Of a stretch of 64,000 nt of DNA, positions 62,765 through 64,000 are shown one piece after another. The stretch lies in contig OZ287752.1 in the NCBI GenBank assembly GCA_965649765.1, positions 55,552,001 to 55,616,000 on the forward strand, in the 5' to 3' direction. Below the pieces are notes generated by a model. That model worked only from the letters and a program-made list of their open reading frames with translations, was not told the origin of the DNA and searched no databases. This DNA is from Bispira polyomma. Taxonomy: Eukaryota. How positions within the stretch are numbered: the stretch's first letter is position 1; each line of letters opens with the position of its first letter. The position numbers were made by a program, and so were the translations under genes.

Positions 62765-64000
62765 CTGAGAAAAGCACAAGAAATAAAATGCTTGTACATA
62801 GATACAGAGTTTAATGTTTGATTGCTTTGCATCATGCTTAACCATGTAATTTTGAAATAATTATATAATCTCTTTCCATGTCATTTTACAGATGTGTATA
62901 ACTGTTATTTAAAACAAGTTGTAGCACTCAGTTTGACCAATTTTTACAAACCTGAAATATAATATCTGATGTAACTACTCACGTATGATGCATATATTTA
63001 ATACATCACTATTTAGGATATTATATGTGTTTGTGGCAGATGTTCTGGTAATCATAATTTGAAATAACCTTACTACCGTTACAAATGCTCATATATAAGC
63101 TAGATATTATTTACAGTACACAATAGGTGCACAGAATATACTTAGCTTTATTCGGATACGCCCTACAATTTGATGGGTTCTTGCTTGACTCATGCCCTTA
63201 TCCTGAACAAAACAAAAATAGGTAAAACAAACAGAAGCATAAACATTTCCTTGGCTGAGGTAATTGATAACATTTTGTCCTAGTTCTGAAAAGCCCTGGT
63301 ACAAAACCTTTGTCAAAGAAATGAGAAATTGTTTCTTCACATAAGGCAGTAAAAATTTGTGACAAATTTGTGGCTTTGCTGGATCTGGTAAAAGACCGGT
63401 GAGGTAGTCTGTCTGATAGCTCTAAAAATGTTAAATTTTGGTGAACCTTACTACTGGTTTAGCATGGTATTGATACCATGAAAGGCACCGACTTAATTTA
63501 TAGAGCAGGGATCAGAATCCACATGAAAAGCTAGAGCAACTCTTTGAGCCGGGATGAGTGGGCACCTACAAGGGCCATTTTGTTAATCTTTAAACTTCTA
63601 TGAATCGATCACAGTGGAAAGGCATCATGATCATGCCATGTACCCCGTGATGGAAGCCCTGGTGACCTGTGATTAATTTGTGGGCAAGACACGGATAGCC
63701 ATGTGTGGTAAGAGTGTCACCTGCCTGCCACAAGAAAAGTCAAATATTTTACAAGTCAAGGTCACTCGCAGTTAGTCAGAATGTCAGGTGAGGACGCGAT
63801 GTCACCCTGGTGTCATCAAAAATGGGTATAAATTGTAAGTCTTGCTCAAGTGAACAGAACTGTGATACAAGGGGTGGCCATTGTCTATTGTAAAAAGTTG
63901 TTGTATTGGATCTTCATGAGACTTTTTTTATGAAGATCCATAATTCTTCTATGTAGTACCTTAAGGGATGAAACAACAATCAAATAGCCTGACGAATAAT

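Noticed and set aside
63100-64000. Gene or defined TE at the right edge
   Set aside because: It looks repeat-derived and interrupts paralog 3 intron homology, but I found no diagnostic motif or termini.

Overview
AT-rich, intron-containing animal DNA, probably from a marine invertebrate; the taxon cannot be fixed from sequence alone. There is one 143-N assembly gap. The window reads as a TE-riddled cluster of immune/recognition-type surface and secreted protein genes. Its centrepiece is an apparently intact 16-exon + strand gene (18190-26745, ~1043 aa by my manual splicing) that the ORF track shows only in fragments. It encodes signal peptide, 7 Ig domains, 2 FN3 domains, a TM helix and a short tail with four tyrosine motifs in an ITAM-like arrangement (YSEI-x11-YEKL-x4-YENT-x4-YESL). 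Two decayed paralogs of its 3' half lie on the - strand (51.6-53.5 kb, 60.1-62.8 kb). Also present: a head-to-head IgV-IgC2-TM pseudogene (14.3-17.5 kb), a signal peptide/sushi/Ig-like mosaic pseudogene with a recently duplicated sushi exon (0.1-5.4 kb), and an LRRNT-LRR-LRRCT-PAN-like pseudogene (40.3-49.6 kb). Mobile elements include a Tx1-like LINE, several L2 LINEs, a near full-length Ngaro/DIRS tyrosine-recombinase retrotransposon with older relics, PIF/Harbinger transposase and MADF remnants with derived MITEs, a nested TIR element, SINEs and HINE-like repeats. All exon boundaries and translations were derived by eye; no database searches were run.
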